Shown: one piece after another, positions 25,992 through 37,990 of the stretch
Layout of the letters: each line of letters begins with the position of its first letter
Numbering within the stretch: position 1 is the first letter of the stretch
NCBI GenBank assembly: GCA_951406725.2
Contig: OX597814.1
Location: 159,836,001 to 159,900,000, forward strand
Direction: 5' to 3'
DNA from: Octopus vulgaris
Lineage: Eukaryota
DNA length: 64,000 nucleotides
Made by a program: the position numbers and the translations under genes
The notes under the pieces: generated by a model
The model's database searches: none
Told to the model about the DNA's origin: nothing
Seen by the model: only the letters and a program-made list of their open reading frames with translations

Positions 25992-26171
25992 TTTTTCTTC
26001 AGCCAACAAAATGCTGTCAACATTGGAAATGTGATTAAAGAAACTTATCGTTTAATATCGTCAACACCTGATGAAATCAACCCATTGAAGTTAATGAATG
26101 AGTTTGTTCCTTTGACAAAAGGTCAATATCCTGTGTTTAATAAGTATCCCAAGTTTATTGTTGATTATCAG
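25992..26171 (+). CDS. TBC1D31: TBC1D31 exon: FFFSQQNAVNIGNVIKETYRLISSTPDEINPLKLMNEFVPLTKGQYPVFNKYPKFIVDYQ
   Basis: ttttAG / GTgagt, 180 nt, phase 0-0. Confidence 0.93.
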
Positions 26172-26832
26172 GTGAGTGATAATACTTGTATCTTGTGAAA
26201 TTTTCCTTTTAATTTAAGCACATAATAAAAATTAATGCAAATTTGCAATATAAATTGAGCCTTTGATTATTAAACTTGAATTCACTTGTCAAAAACTCCA
26301 GTGTATAGGTGTAGGCTTGGCTGTGTGGTAAGAAACTCGCTTCTCAACCACATGGTTCCATGTTCAGTCCCACCACAAGGGTCCTTGGACAAGTGTCTTC
26401 TATTGTACCCTCAGGCCAACCGAAGCTTTGTGAGTGGATTTGGTAAGCAAAAACTGAAGAAGCCCATTATATATATATATATTATATGTATATGGGAGTG
26501 GGGTGGGCTTTGTGTCTGTCTTTGTCCCCTACTGCTGCTTGATAGGCAGAAACTAAAAGAAGCCTATCATATATATATGGTGGGAAGGGGCTTTTGTGTC
26601 TGCCTTTGTCCCTTACCGCTGCTTAATAACTGGTGTTGGTGTATTCACATCCCCATAACTTAACTGTTTGACTAAAGAGACCAATAGAATAAGTACCAGG
26701 TTTAAAAAAAAACACATGGTACTGGGATCAATTCATTCAACTAAAAATTCTTCCAGACAGTGCCCTTGCATAGTCACAGTCTGATGATTGAAAGAAGTTA
26801 AGGATAAATTTCAATCTTCAGCTGATCTAATA

Positions 26833-27027
26833 TATTCTTTTCTACTCTAGGCACAAGGCCCAAAGTTTTAGGGAATGGGGGCCAGTCAATTAGATCGACC
26901 CCAGTACATACCTGCTACTTAATTTATCGACCCCGAGAGGATGAAAGGCAAAGTTGACCTCAGCGTAATTTGAACTCAGAACATAAAGACAGACGGTGTG
27001 CTAATGTTTCTGCCAGCTTGTCGCCTT
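26833..27027 (-). mobile_element. SINE family A, antisense copy
   Basis: Reverse complement of the family body (GATGAAAGGCAAAGTTGACCTC...TGAACTCAGAAC...CTGCCAGCT). Confidence 0.85.
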
Positions 27028-27611
27028 GCTGATCTAATATGTTGAGTGATAATATGGCAACCTTTTTCATGGCTATAACTCTGATGAAATACATTTCCTG
27101 CTTCAAGTAATTTCTGAAAATTATTAAGAATTTGGAGATGTTTAGTAAAATAACTAACTTTTTTGTTTATTAATGTATTAAGCTGGCGTTTGAAATATAA
27201 CATTGAATTACTTGTATAAAATGATGGTGTAGAGTTTAATTTAAATATTGAACAGTTTAAAACAGGGATGTTTGTATCAAAGAATAAGCAATATTCATGA
27301 GTTAGCTGGTAGTAAAAATTTTAATAAAACTTTTACTTTAGATGAAGAACGTGTTAAAGGATTAAACAAAGTTTATATCATTATTAAAGCTATCAAAATT
27401 TTTCTTAAGTCAAACATTAAATCTTTCTGTGACCATATTTCTTATGAAATACAATTATTACATAATTTGTTACATTCATTTGATAAATAAGAACTTGGAG
27501 TAGGTCAATAAAAAAGACTTTTTTAAGCTGGTTTTTGTAACAAAACTCAAGAAATGATTTATGTATAAAATTATGATAGAAGGATTGTGACGCCATAAGT
27601 ATTGTCTAGCC

Positions 27612-27889
27612 TAGTAATTCCCAAAGTGGCTGGTATTGTTCCCCTGGGGGCATTGGAGAAAAGTTGGGTGATAATGGGGAAGTGATTTGTGTAAAAATTG
27701 GGGTGGCAATCCATGTAAAAACAACAAAATAAAGGGTTCATTTAATTAAATTTTATTTGTGAAATACAGTTGCTTTGAATTTGCTTCAGAAAGTGGTCTA
27801 TGCTTGTGATGGTTAGTTGTGGTGTAGGTGTTAGAAATGTGGCCTGGGTGTCAAGGGGGCAGCATTCCTAAAAAGTTTGAGAACCACTG
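27612..27889. mobile_element. hAT (Charlie-type) non-autonomous element
   Basis: Ends TAGTAATTCCCAAA / TTTGAGAACCACTG; 8-bp TSD GTCTAGCC / GTCTAACC. Confidence 0.7.
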
Positions 27890-28030
27890 GTCTAACCCAT
27901 ACCAGCAAGGAAAAAGGGAACATGAAATTGTGATGATTCATATTTTTTCCCTCATTTAGCTGCAAATACTTTCATAGAGAAATTCATTTTCAAATGTATT
28001 TTAGTTAAGAGTTTTGTCAAAATAATATAC

Positions 28031-28413
28031 AGAGTAGCTGTATGTTAAGTAGCTTGCTTATGAACCACGTGGTTCCGGGTTCAGTCCCACTGCATGGCAC
28101 CTTGGGCAAGTGTCTTCTACTACAGCCTCAGGCCGACTAAAGCCTTGTGAGTGGATTTGGTAGAAGGAAACTGAAAGAAGCCCGTCGTATATATGTATAT
28201 ATGTTTGGGTATCTGTGTTTGTCCCCCCAACATCGCTTGACAACCGATGCTGGTGTGTTTATGTCCCCATAACTTAGCGGTTCGGCAAAAGAGACCGATA
28301 GAATAAGTACTAGGCTTCTAAAGAATAAGTCCTGGGGTCGATTTGCTCGACTAAAAGGCAGTGCTCCAGCATAGCCACAGTCAAATGACTGAAACGAGTA
28401 AAAGAGTAAAGAG
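28031..28413 (+). mobile_element. SINE family B, least decayed copy
   Basis: Retains many CpGs; full head, body and tail. Confidence 0.88.
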
Positions 28414-28896
28414 CACAATAGTTGAATGTTTCGTGTGCTGGGCCCAAAGATCATGAATTTAACCCTTTAGCATTCAGATTACTCTGTCAAATGTAATGTT
28501 TATTTATTCACATTATTTTGAACTAATCATGCATTTTCTTGAAGCTTCAAGATTTCAATGGCATGTTTGTATATTTTTAGAATAGCATTGTAGGGTAAGT
28601 GTGAGAGGCTGGATCTAGTTAGTTTTAACATAAAACAGGTAGAATATTTAGACCAGATATGACCAGATTAAATGCTAAATGGTTGAACTGTTGCCTAATA
28701 GAGTTTCTCTTATTTCTTCAGTCATATATGAGTTGTCTGTGATACAGAAATTACCCTGCTGTAAAATCCTCGTTTATACTGGAATAGAAAAAAATATCAT
28801 TGTAGAATGATCAAATTTTAAAATATCTTTACATTAATTTTCCATTTGGATAAATATATTGACCTTTTTTTCATGAATTTATTTATTGCCTTCCAG

Positions 28897-28949
28897 AAAA
28901 AAGAACGTGAAAAAATACAGCAACAAGAATTAGAATATTTACGACAAAG
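28897..28949 (+). CDS. TBC1D31: TBC1D31 exon (coiled coil): KKEREKIQQQELEYLRQ
   Basis: cttccAG / GTtaga, 53 nt. Confidence 0.9.
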
Positions 28950-30101
28950 GTTAGATGTTTTACTAAATTCCTTACATTCAGGACCAAACTCTTTTTGTAT
29001 GTGTATTGTTAGTATTAGTTGATTATTGTCGAATCTTCCACATCTTTTTGATTTGCATTTGTTATGATGATTGACATATCTTATTAACTGTGGGATTTAA
29101 TGTAGCATTGTTTCATCATTATGTCTCTCAAAGTTAATAATCTCTGGGATCCCTGCTGCTCACAAGAATACTGTAACCATTAGGGTTTTACACCCTCATC
29201 CACTCCTTAAATACAAGCAACACTAAGAAGATTCATTCAGGATTCTCAGCCAACAGTCTCTTGTTTGAATAAGACTAGGAGATAGCCATCACCAGTATTT
29301 GACTGGAGCTTCATTTAGAATTGTAAAAATAGAGAAAGAAAAGTTATGTCCAACCTATTCCAGCATGGAGCACGGACATTAAATAACAATAATGATGATT
29401 TCTAGTTGAATTTTCTCAAACATGACAGAAATGTTAACATTTATATGTTGTAATTCACTGAACATCCAAAATTTCTGAGATTTGTGAATTTATCTGTTAG
29501 TTGATCAAATCACTTAGAGCAAGCATGATTGATCAGAACCATTTTTTGCTTCTTAAAAGACTTGCAATTAAAGTTTTTCTCTCTGATGAAACGTTGAAAT
29601 TTTCACTCTTCATAAATGAGCCATCAAAAGCACAACTATGCAAATTAAGCTATCCTCTATGGTGCTAACCTAATTTGCAATTACTTTATATTAGTTGAAT
29701 AATCTGTACTGTTGACTGGAGAGGGAAACTGTGTGCATCTCTGGGGAGCAGTCAACGAATCATGAAATGGTCCATCAGGAGACTCACATCCCTTTTTTTT
29801 CTGCTTATCAAAAGCTTAGAAAGAATGTGTTTACATACTTATTTTATGTACAGCTGGCTTTATAATACTTAAATTTAACTCATTTTAATTGTCTTTTTTA
29901 TTTACAAACTTTTAATATATTATTATTGTATGTCATGAGAAAGAAGCTATTTAGTATATTACTAGTTCTATTAAAATTGTAGTTACATCTGTTCTTTTGC
30001 TTTATATTTGTCGATATCAGTCTAACTATGCCAGAATAGTTGCTTTATCTATGTCTTTTGTTTATATGTTCATAGATAATCAAATGCAAGTTTCAAATAT
30101 A

Positions 30102-30579
30102 ATAATATAATAATGAAATTATTGTATACAGTGCTCAGGTGCACCACAACTTGTCAAAAGTGTGTATAAAGCATATGCAGTAATGTACAAATGTCTGGGA
30201 AGTGAACAGTGTATGAGTCAGATACATGCTTGTGTGTGTATGGAGGGGAGAAAATCTGATGCCGGCAGTTTGTTCTATGCTTTAGCAACTCTTAGCGTGA
30301 GAAAATGTTTCCGAAAGACATGAGAGCTGTGCTGTTTTCTGACTTTGTAAACATGTCCACGGGTGTTAGACAGGTGGAGTTTGAAAAGGTGCTCAGAGTT
30401 ATTGTTAGTAAGATGGTTAATAATTTTATGGGAGTCTGCCAAGTCAGCTGCCAGACGTCGGAGTTTCAATGTATCCATGCCCAGAGAAGTAAGGCATTCA
30501 GAATATGGCAAATGCCTGATTGAAGGTATTATCTTGGTTGCACGTCGCTGAATGGTTTCCAGACGATTAATATCTCAAG
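30102..30579 (-). mobile_element. CR1 LINE 3' fragment, same family as 16124-17410, with an internal deletion of about 70 bp
   Basis: SLGMDTLKLRRLAADLAD...RGHVYKVRKQHSSH and a near-identical 3' UTR. Confidence 0.9.
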
Positions 30580-30763
30580 CATGCTTGAAACAATTGGTAA
30601 AATTCTTTTTAAATATGTTCTAGACTAAGATTGTTTAAGTTTTTGTCTAATCACCAAGCATATAGTCATATAATCTTTTTCTTAGTGCAAATCATACATA
30701 ACTAAATATGGAACAATTTTTTTCTTTTGAATTGAATATGATATTTACTAACTTCTTATTCAG

Positions 30764-30916
30764 ACAACTGTCTCTGGAACTCCATAAAGCAACACTGCAT
30801 AGACAACAAGAAGAAGAAGCTTGGTTCCGACAACAAAAACTGTTATTGGAGGCTGAAGATAAACGGCGGAAAATGATGAAAGAGGAGGAGGAAAAACTTA
30901 CAGAACGACGAAGGCA
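30764..30916 (+). CDS. TBC1D31: TBC1D31 exon (coiled coil): QLSLELHKATLHRQQEEEAWFRQQKLLLEAEDKRRKMMKEEEEKLTERRR
   Basis: attcAG / GTaagt, 153 nt. Confidence 0.92.
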
Positions 30917-31723
30917 GTAAGTTTTATGTTCAGTTATTGTAAATTCATAATGTCAGAAGTTGTTGTTTAACCCCAAGTAAACCATGTCTGAGGAGAGGAG
31001 ATCTATGATCAAAGGTATTCCAGTTGTAACTACTCCATCTGTTGATTATGTCTAGAATTACACTATCCAATGTGTCCTTTGCATTTTTAAGATGTTATGG
31101 TGCTGTTTCTTGTTGGAGGAGAGACTACTTAGAGTCTCTGCCATTAGCTTAGGCAACTGTGTGTTTGGTGAAAACAGTAAAATATCTGACAAGAAAGTTT
31201 TTAATTTGCTGTCATATTTCTACAGTTAAACTCTATTTAGGTAACTTTATCTTTTATTCTTCCTCCATAAATAAAATACACTTTAGTTTAGTATTAAGAT
31301 TAGTTCCATTATTGGACCTTAGGAAAAGAATTCATTATTTTACTGCAAGGGAAATAGCATTTCTGTCCATCGATGTGGGTTCAACCTGTTTTCGTATTCA
31401 TGCATATTGATGTGATCAAGATGTTTTCCTTACTTGCAATTCATTCTTCTAAACACTTGTTGTACTTGGTTTGTCTGACACATCTCTTCTTGAGTGTTCA
31501 TAAACATTTTAGCAAAAATGTTGGTAATTATGAAGTTTTACTTAGCTAATTTATATATTACTGTGTTGATTATTTTAAAAAATTCATTTAGTTATTTAAA
31601 GAACATTCTTGCTTCTTTAATGTTTCCATTTTAATCATATGAAGTGATAATATTTATATTATATTTTGATTACTTATATAATGGATATAAAACTTAGAGA
31701 AAAATCTCATTGCAATTTATAAG

Positions 31724-31859
31724 GTTACAGACAATGAATAAAGAAGCAAAAGTTAAACAACTGAACCTTCTGGATGATGTCCGACACAAATTCCTCAGTT
31801 TACTTCGGAAACAGCATGAAATTGAACTCCATCGCTTGAACGATCAGGTTTCTAGTCAG
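31724..31859 (+). CDS. TBC1D31: TBC1D31 exon (coiled coil): LQTMNKEAKVKQLNLLDDVRHKFLSLLRKQHEIELHRLNDQVSSQ
   Basis: Weak ataAG acceptor / GTtggt donor, 136 nt; phases fit both neighbours. Confidence 0.85.
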
Positions 31860-33257
31860 GTTGGTATCTGCTAAATGCCTTCACTTATCCTCATTACTAC
31901 CATTTTCATGGCCAGATTCTGCAATGCAGTAACTCTCTATGTAATTTAATTTTATGCCATCTCATCCCACTGTTCTGAAATTTAACATACCTTTATTCTT
32001 TTCTGAATTTTCACAACAACAAAATCTGGTACTGTCTACTATGTACTTATGATACGTCTTCACCCAGCATAATCACTTTGGGGGTGCTTGTCCATGATGA
32101 TGCCATTGGTGATGGATCCACATAGAAAGTACTGATGATGGTGCCTTGTAAAAAGCAATGGTGCTGGTGCCACATAAAAAGCACCCAGTATCACTCTGTA
32201 TAGTGGTTAGCATTAGGAAGGGCATCCAGTGGTAGAAACTAAGGTAAAACAAATTATGGAACCTGATGCAGGTTTCTAGCCTTGTCAGCTACTGTCAAAC
32301 TATCCAACCCATGCCAGCATGGAAAATGGATGTTAAATCATGATGATGATGATGATTATATCTTTACCAACATGCTCATTTAGTCTTCTCGACTCACTTC
32401 TGTTGAGATTTTCTCACCTGTTATGATTATATCTCTAACAAACTATGTTCAGCTTATAACTTTTAAATAACTGCATATAATCCCCAGTCAACCATTTTCA
32501 GGCAGCAGGCTGCAAGAGACAGGACTCATCATCAAGCAGGCTGCACTACTAAAAGAATTTGTGGTAATTTTTCATTGGCATGCTATTCAGAAAATCTCAT
32601 GGGTTGCAGTTTGCCCATGACTGACTTCTATTCACTGTCTCTGTTCCTTTGACATACAATATGACTTTGCTTGTATAATGCTGATACTTTTTCAGCTATG
32701 ACATGTTGTCAAGGCAAGGGTATACATGCACACACGCATATGTGCACACATACACACACACACAAAAACACACACCAGACTTTTTTCAGTTTCTATCTAT
32801 CAGCTCCATTCACAAGGCTTTGGTCAACCTAGGGCTATAGTTGGAGGCATTTGCCCAATGTGCCACACATTGTGGGACTGAACTTAAGACCACATGGTTG
32901 GGAAGCAAGCTTCTTGGTCACACAGCCATGCCTGTATTTATGCTAAATTTAAATTTGGTCACCAATCATGCTGCTGTTGGATCATGAGGTTTAAAATGTG
33001 CAATATAAACTTACATGCTTCTCCGCTGTTGAATCAACTTTAGGTTTCTTTAATGTATTGAAGCCATATATCAAATACGAGTAACCTGCAGTATAACAGA
33101 AGTGATGTAGGGAGTGCCAGTCTCGGGGAATAATCATTATTCCCAACTCATAGATCATGGACATTTTTCTTTTTTTATCCTTACTTCATAAACTTGTCAT
33201 CTTACTTAGTGTCATTTCATTGATATTAATCACTTTGTGGTTTTTGTCTATTTTCAG

Positions 33258-33350
33258 GAGTCACAGCGTGTAAGAGAATTGGAAGATGTTATATCAGAAT
33301 CTGAGATGAAAAAATTTGAAAGAGAGCTAGAGAAACGCTTGTATGAACAA
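33258..33350 (+). CDS. TBC1D31: TBC1D31 exon: ESQRVRELEDVISESEMKKFERELEKRLYEQ
   Basis: ttttcAG / GTaagt, 93 nt, KRLYE motif. Confidence 0.9.
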
Positions 33351-35710
33351 GTAAGTATATTCCATACAACTAATTTAATGAGATCAAATATAGTGAAGCA
33401 GTGATCGTTTCATGGGAATCTGATTCAATTATTACTATTGCTCATATGTGACGTTAAAAAGATCTGAAACAAAAATGAGAAACTGTCTTACTGACAGGAT
33501 CTGAACCACATATCACTTGCCAAATGACTGTGTACCAGCCAACCCTCTTCTGTCTTAAATTAATTCCTTAAATTCATTTTTCTCTGCTGTTTTATTTAAT
33601 AGTTTGCTGCATTTTTTCCAACTGTGATATTTTTATCCCTACTAGAGAATTTAGTCAGATAATTAGCATAACAGGACAGGTTAAATTTTATAGTGCCACT
33701 GGACTGACTCCTGTGCAGATGGCACGTAAAAAGCACCATTTGAGCATGGCCGTTGCCAGTACCGCCAGACTGGCTCTCGTGCCAGTGGCATGTAAAAGCA
33801 CCCACTACAGTCTCGGAGTGGTTGGCGTTAGGAAGGGCATCCAGCTGTAGAAACTCTGCCAAATCAGATTGGTACCATCTGGTTCGCCAGTCCTAAGTCA
33901 AATCGTCCAACTCATGCTAGCATGGAAAGCAGACGTTAAATGATGATGATTATATTTTATATATATACTAATACATAAGGTGCACCCAACTCATCAATTG
34001 AATATATATACAAGAAATAATCTCATAGCATATTATACTAACTGTCAATACGTTTTTCTTCAAAAGGTCACCATGGCCATCAACAGCATTTTATTTTGAT
34101 TTCCATGGTGTTAGACAAATCTAAAATGTTTAAAACTATCTTAATTTTATTAAAAATCTCAGTTTGTTCACCACCACCCTCATTTCAACCCTTACAACAC
34201 CACCATCCCATCTTATTATCTTTGAATATGTTTCCCCTACTTATCAATCTCAATTTAATCATCCACTGAAACAGCAACATCTACATTACCATCATCATCA
34301 TCATCATCATCATCCCATCCACCTAAGTAATATCATATATTTATAAACACTTGTGTACATTATAAGAATTTTTTACTTTTTGCAAACTTAATGAAATCTG
34401 AAACAAATAAGTTTAATAGTGGAACTCAAAAGTAAATAATTCTATAAGCAACATCATTTGAATACTGGATTAAAGAACCCCTTGATGATGATAATGATCA
34501 TCATCATCATCATTGTTTTATATGCTCTCCATGCTGGCATGGGTTGGATGATTTGACAGAAGCTGACCATGCAGGAGACCACACAAGACTTCTTTGTTTG
34601 TTTTGACACTGTTTTTACAGCTGGATGCCCTTCCTAACACTAACCACCCAGCAGCAGGACTGAGTGCTTTTTACATGGCACCAGCACAGGCAAGGTCAAC
34701 CTTCACCTTTTTCTTTTTATCAAAGGGTCCTTTTTACCCACAATTCTACATGCTATTATTTATAGCCTTGTCTTAAAGGCAGTATACCTGCAGAATCATT
34801 AGCATGTTGGGAAATGCTTAGCAGCATTTTGCAGTCTTCACATCCTGAGTTCAAAATCCACTGAGTTCGAATCTGCCTTTTGTCCTTTCAGGGTCAATAG
34901 AATAAGTACCAGTCAAGTACTGGGGTCAATGTAATCAATTCCCCCCAAACTGCTGGCCCCTCTGACAAATTTCAAACTATTATTTATAAGCTTTATCTGC
35001 TTTCACCATTAAAAATATTTTATTTCATATTTTGCAAATTTCTAAAAAGATAATAAAAACTTCTTAGAATGTAAACAACATATAGGCGCAGGTGTGACTG
35101 TGGTAAGAAGCTTGATTCCCAACCACATGGTTCTGGGTTCAGTCCTACTGCATGGTAATTTAGGCAGGTGTTTTCTACTATAGCCCCAGGCTGATCAAAG
35201 CCTTGTGAGTGAATTTGGTAGACAGAAACTGAAAGAAGCCTGTCATAAATATATATATTTATGTGTGTCTGTGTTTGTCCCCCTGCCATTACTTGACAAC
35301 TAATGCTTGTGTGTTTATGTCCCCATAACTTAGCGGTTCACCAAAAGAGACTTTTAGAATAAGTACTGGGCTTACAAGGAATTTCTTCAACTAAAACCCT
35401 TTAAGGCAGTGCCCCAGCATGGCCGCAGTCAAACAAATGAAACAAGTAAAAGAATAAAAAAAGAAAAAGAATGTGAATAATATAGAAGTTTCACTGGTAA
35501 GAATAAAGCTTCTAAACATGGATGGAGATGGTAGCTCATTTGTAATGACCTCAGATATGGGTTCATGTCCCACAAGTAGCCTTTGACATTTTTTTCCTAT
35601 CTGAGGGAGTTTTTCAACCCAATATTCTACATGCCGTTATTTATTGCTTTATCTACTCTGAGATCTACCATTAAAATGTTTGTACAATATTTTTCTGATA
35701 ATATTTTTAG

Positions 35711-35842
35711 GAGACACTGCGAGAATATATTCAGACTTCAAATGCACTCAAGTCTGACGGAGAAATCTCTAATAGACATGCTGAACTTGAGTCAAGAATT
35801 ATGGAGTGTATGGTTGAGTTATTAGGAGATAAAAGACACCAG
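35711..35842 (+). CDS. TBC1D31: TBC1D31 exon: ETLREYIQTSNALKSDGEISNRHAELESRIMECMVELLGDKRHQ
   Basis: tttttAG / GTaata, 132 nt, open frame, phase 0-0. Confidence 0.8.
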
Positions 35843-37061
35843 GTAATAAGGATTTCTAATATAGGCATTAAGCCACATGTTTGGGTGGGAGAAGCATAAA
35901 GTTGATTAAAAATTGCCCCCAGTGGGTAGTGTTATATACATACATACATATATACACACATACACACACATATATGTATAACTTAGTTAAACAGCTAATG
36001 CAGTTATTGTCACAATTAATGTGGTCACAGTATGACTGAGTAGTTAATAAATACATTTTTTTTTTTGTCTTGCAAGTACATGGTGACCCGTCAGTGCCAG
36101 TGCCACTTAAAAGCACCCAGTCCACACTGTAAAGTGGTTGGTGTTCGAAAGGGCATCCAGCTGTAAAAACCTTGCCAAAACTGACCTCACCTGTGCTTGT
36201 GCCACATAAAAAGCACTAAGTCCACTCTGCTGAGTGGTTGGTATTAGGAAGGACTACCAGCTGTAAAAATCCTGCCAAAACAGTCACAGAAGTCTGGTGC
36301 AGACTTCTTCTTGGACATCGCTTGTGAAACTGTCCCACCCATGCTAGCATGGGTGTTAAATGATGATGATGATTTTTGAGCAGTATTTCATGATATTCTT
36401 AAAAGTACATGTGTTGAACAGTTTGACAGGTCTGGTGAACCAGAGGATTGATCCACCTCCAATGTCTGTTTTGGCATGGTTTCTATGTCTAAATGCTCTT
36501 CCTAGCATGAAACACTCTAGAGAGGTGTACTGGTTGCTTTTTTTTATCGTATAAGCAGCAGTGAGGTCACCAAGTAACTTGCAAAAGATCCCTGAAGTAG
36601 TATTGAGAAAAGTGACTTTGTGCCAAGCGATGAGAGGTTAAAATTTGATACAGGTACAGAAACAGGTATTTTATTGTAGAGGGGATAGATGGTTAACCCA
36701 GTTGGAAAAAAGAGAGAGAAGATATTGAAAATGATGTGTCATGGTATACCCTCAAGTTAAAGGTAGGTGAATATAAGTGAAATGGTACTGAGGATTGGAT
36801 TGGATGAATGGATAGGTAAGTTTGTGAGAGTGGAAAATGGAAGGGAGGAGGACAGTGCAGTGAGTAAACACAGGTGGAGGACAGGGTGTAGTTATAATTA
36901 AAATTATGACTTTAATACATGGTCTCTACACATTGGCTTTTGGGTGTAATTTTTATTTTTGCCCATGAAATAATGTAGTGTCAAATTAAGTTGCAATAAT
37001 ATGTTCAAAAAACATTTATTTATAAACCAAATATTGTTATTATTTTTTCCTTGTATTTTAG

Positions 37062-37170
37062 GAGATTGTATCTGAGAAAGTACGTAAGGATATTCTTCGT
37101 AATTCTTCTAAACTTGTCCCAGCAGATGTTGAGAAATGTGATCTTGAAACAGAAAAAGAAAATCAGCCAG
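37062..37170 (+). CDS. TBC1D31: TBC1D31 exon: EIVSEKVRKDILRNSSKLVPADVEKCDLETEKENQP
   Basis: ttttAG / GTaatt, 109 nt, open frame; poorly conserved peptide. Confidence 0.75.
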
Positions 37171-37927
37171 GTAATTTTGTTCAAAATGACCTACTAGCTT
37201 GTTATGAATGTTTGATTGTCCTTTGGAAATTTTTAAAGTTAAAGAATTAAAATATTAAACGATTGATTAAATGTTCCAATCACAAGACTAACTAAATATT
37301 TTTAATCAAGACATCAAGGCTTCTGCATGGTCACCTGATTTGCTAGAAACAGTAGCCAAATATCTCATATTACATCTTAAAAGAAGGGAAGGATGCATTG
37401 GATAATGTAATTTTAGATAACTATATTTCATTAAAAAAAATTAATTAATAAAAGGTAAAAAAACACAGGCAGGTGACATATTTTTGCTCAATTAGGATTG
37501 ACTTTTGTGCACAGCCAATTTCTATAAATTTCTGAAGCTCACTACATTTAGCTGGCATTAATTAAAAATCTGTAATGACCCAGAACAAATACCACAAGGC
37601 ATCTTGTCTAACACTCTGATGTTTCTCTTATCCATGTGATTGCCTTAATCTATCACCTAGTTAAACACAGACACCTGGTCAGGTGCCATTAGCAGAGTTC
37701 ACTCTGTTGCAATTATACCAGCCATGCTGATAACTTCACTTCCATCCTCCCACTCATCTCAAAGGCCCTAAAAAGTGGATGTGGTGGCTGCTCTTGTCCC
37801 TCCAATTTAACCAACAAAGAAAAAAGTTTGTTTGATCTGTGATCCTTAAACATTTTCCATATGACTTATCCATCTAACTTCACAATTTGAACAATTGAAT
37901 TGTTGCTTGCTATTATTTTCTCTGCAG

Positions 37928-37990
37928 ATAATACCTATGACATAGACAGGGACAAAGGTCTTGATGAATCATTGGATATAACTCCAAACT
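37928..37990 (+). CDS. TBC1D31: TBC1D31 exon: DNTYDIDRDKGLDESLDITPN
   Basis: tctctgcAG / GTaagc, 63 nt, phase 1-1. Confidence 0.72.

Noticed and set aside
30914-30919. GC-AG intron using the GC donor at 30914
   Set aside because: A consensus GTAAGT donor lies 3 nt downstream in the same phase
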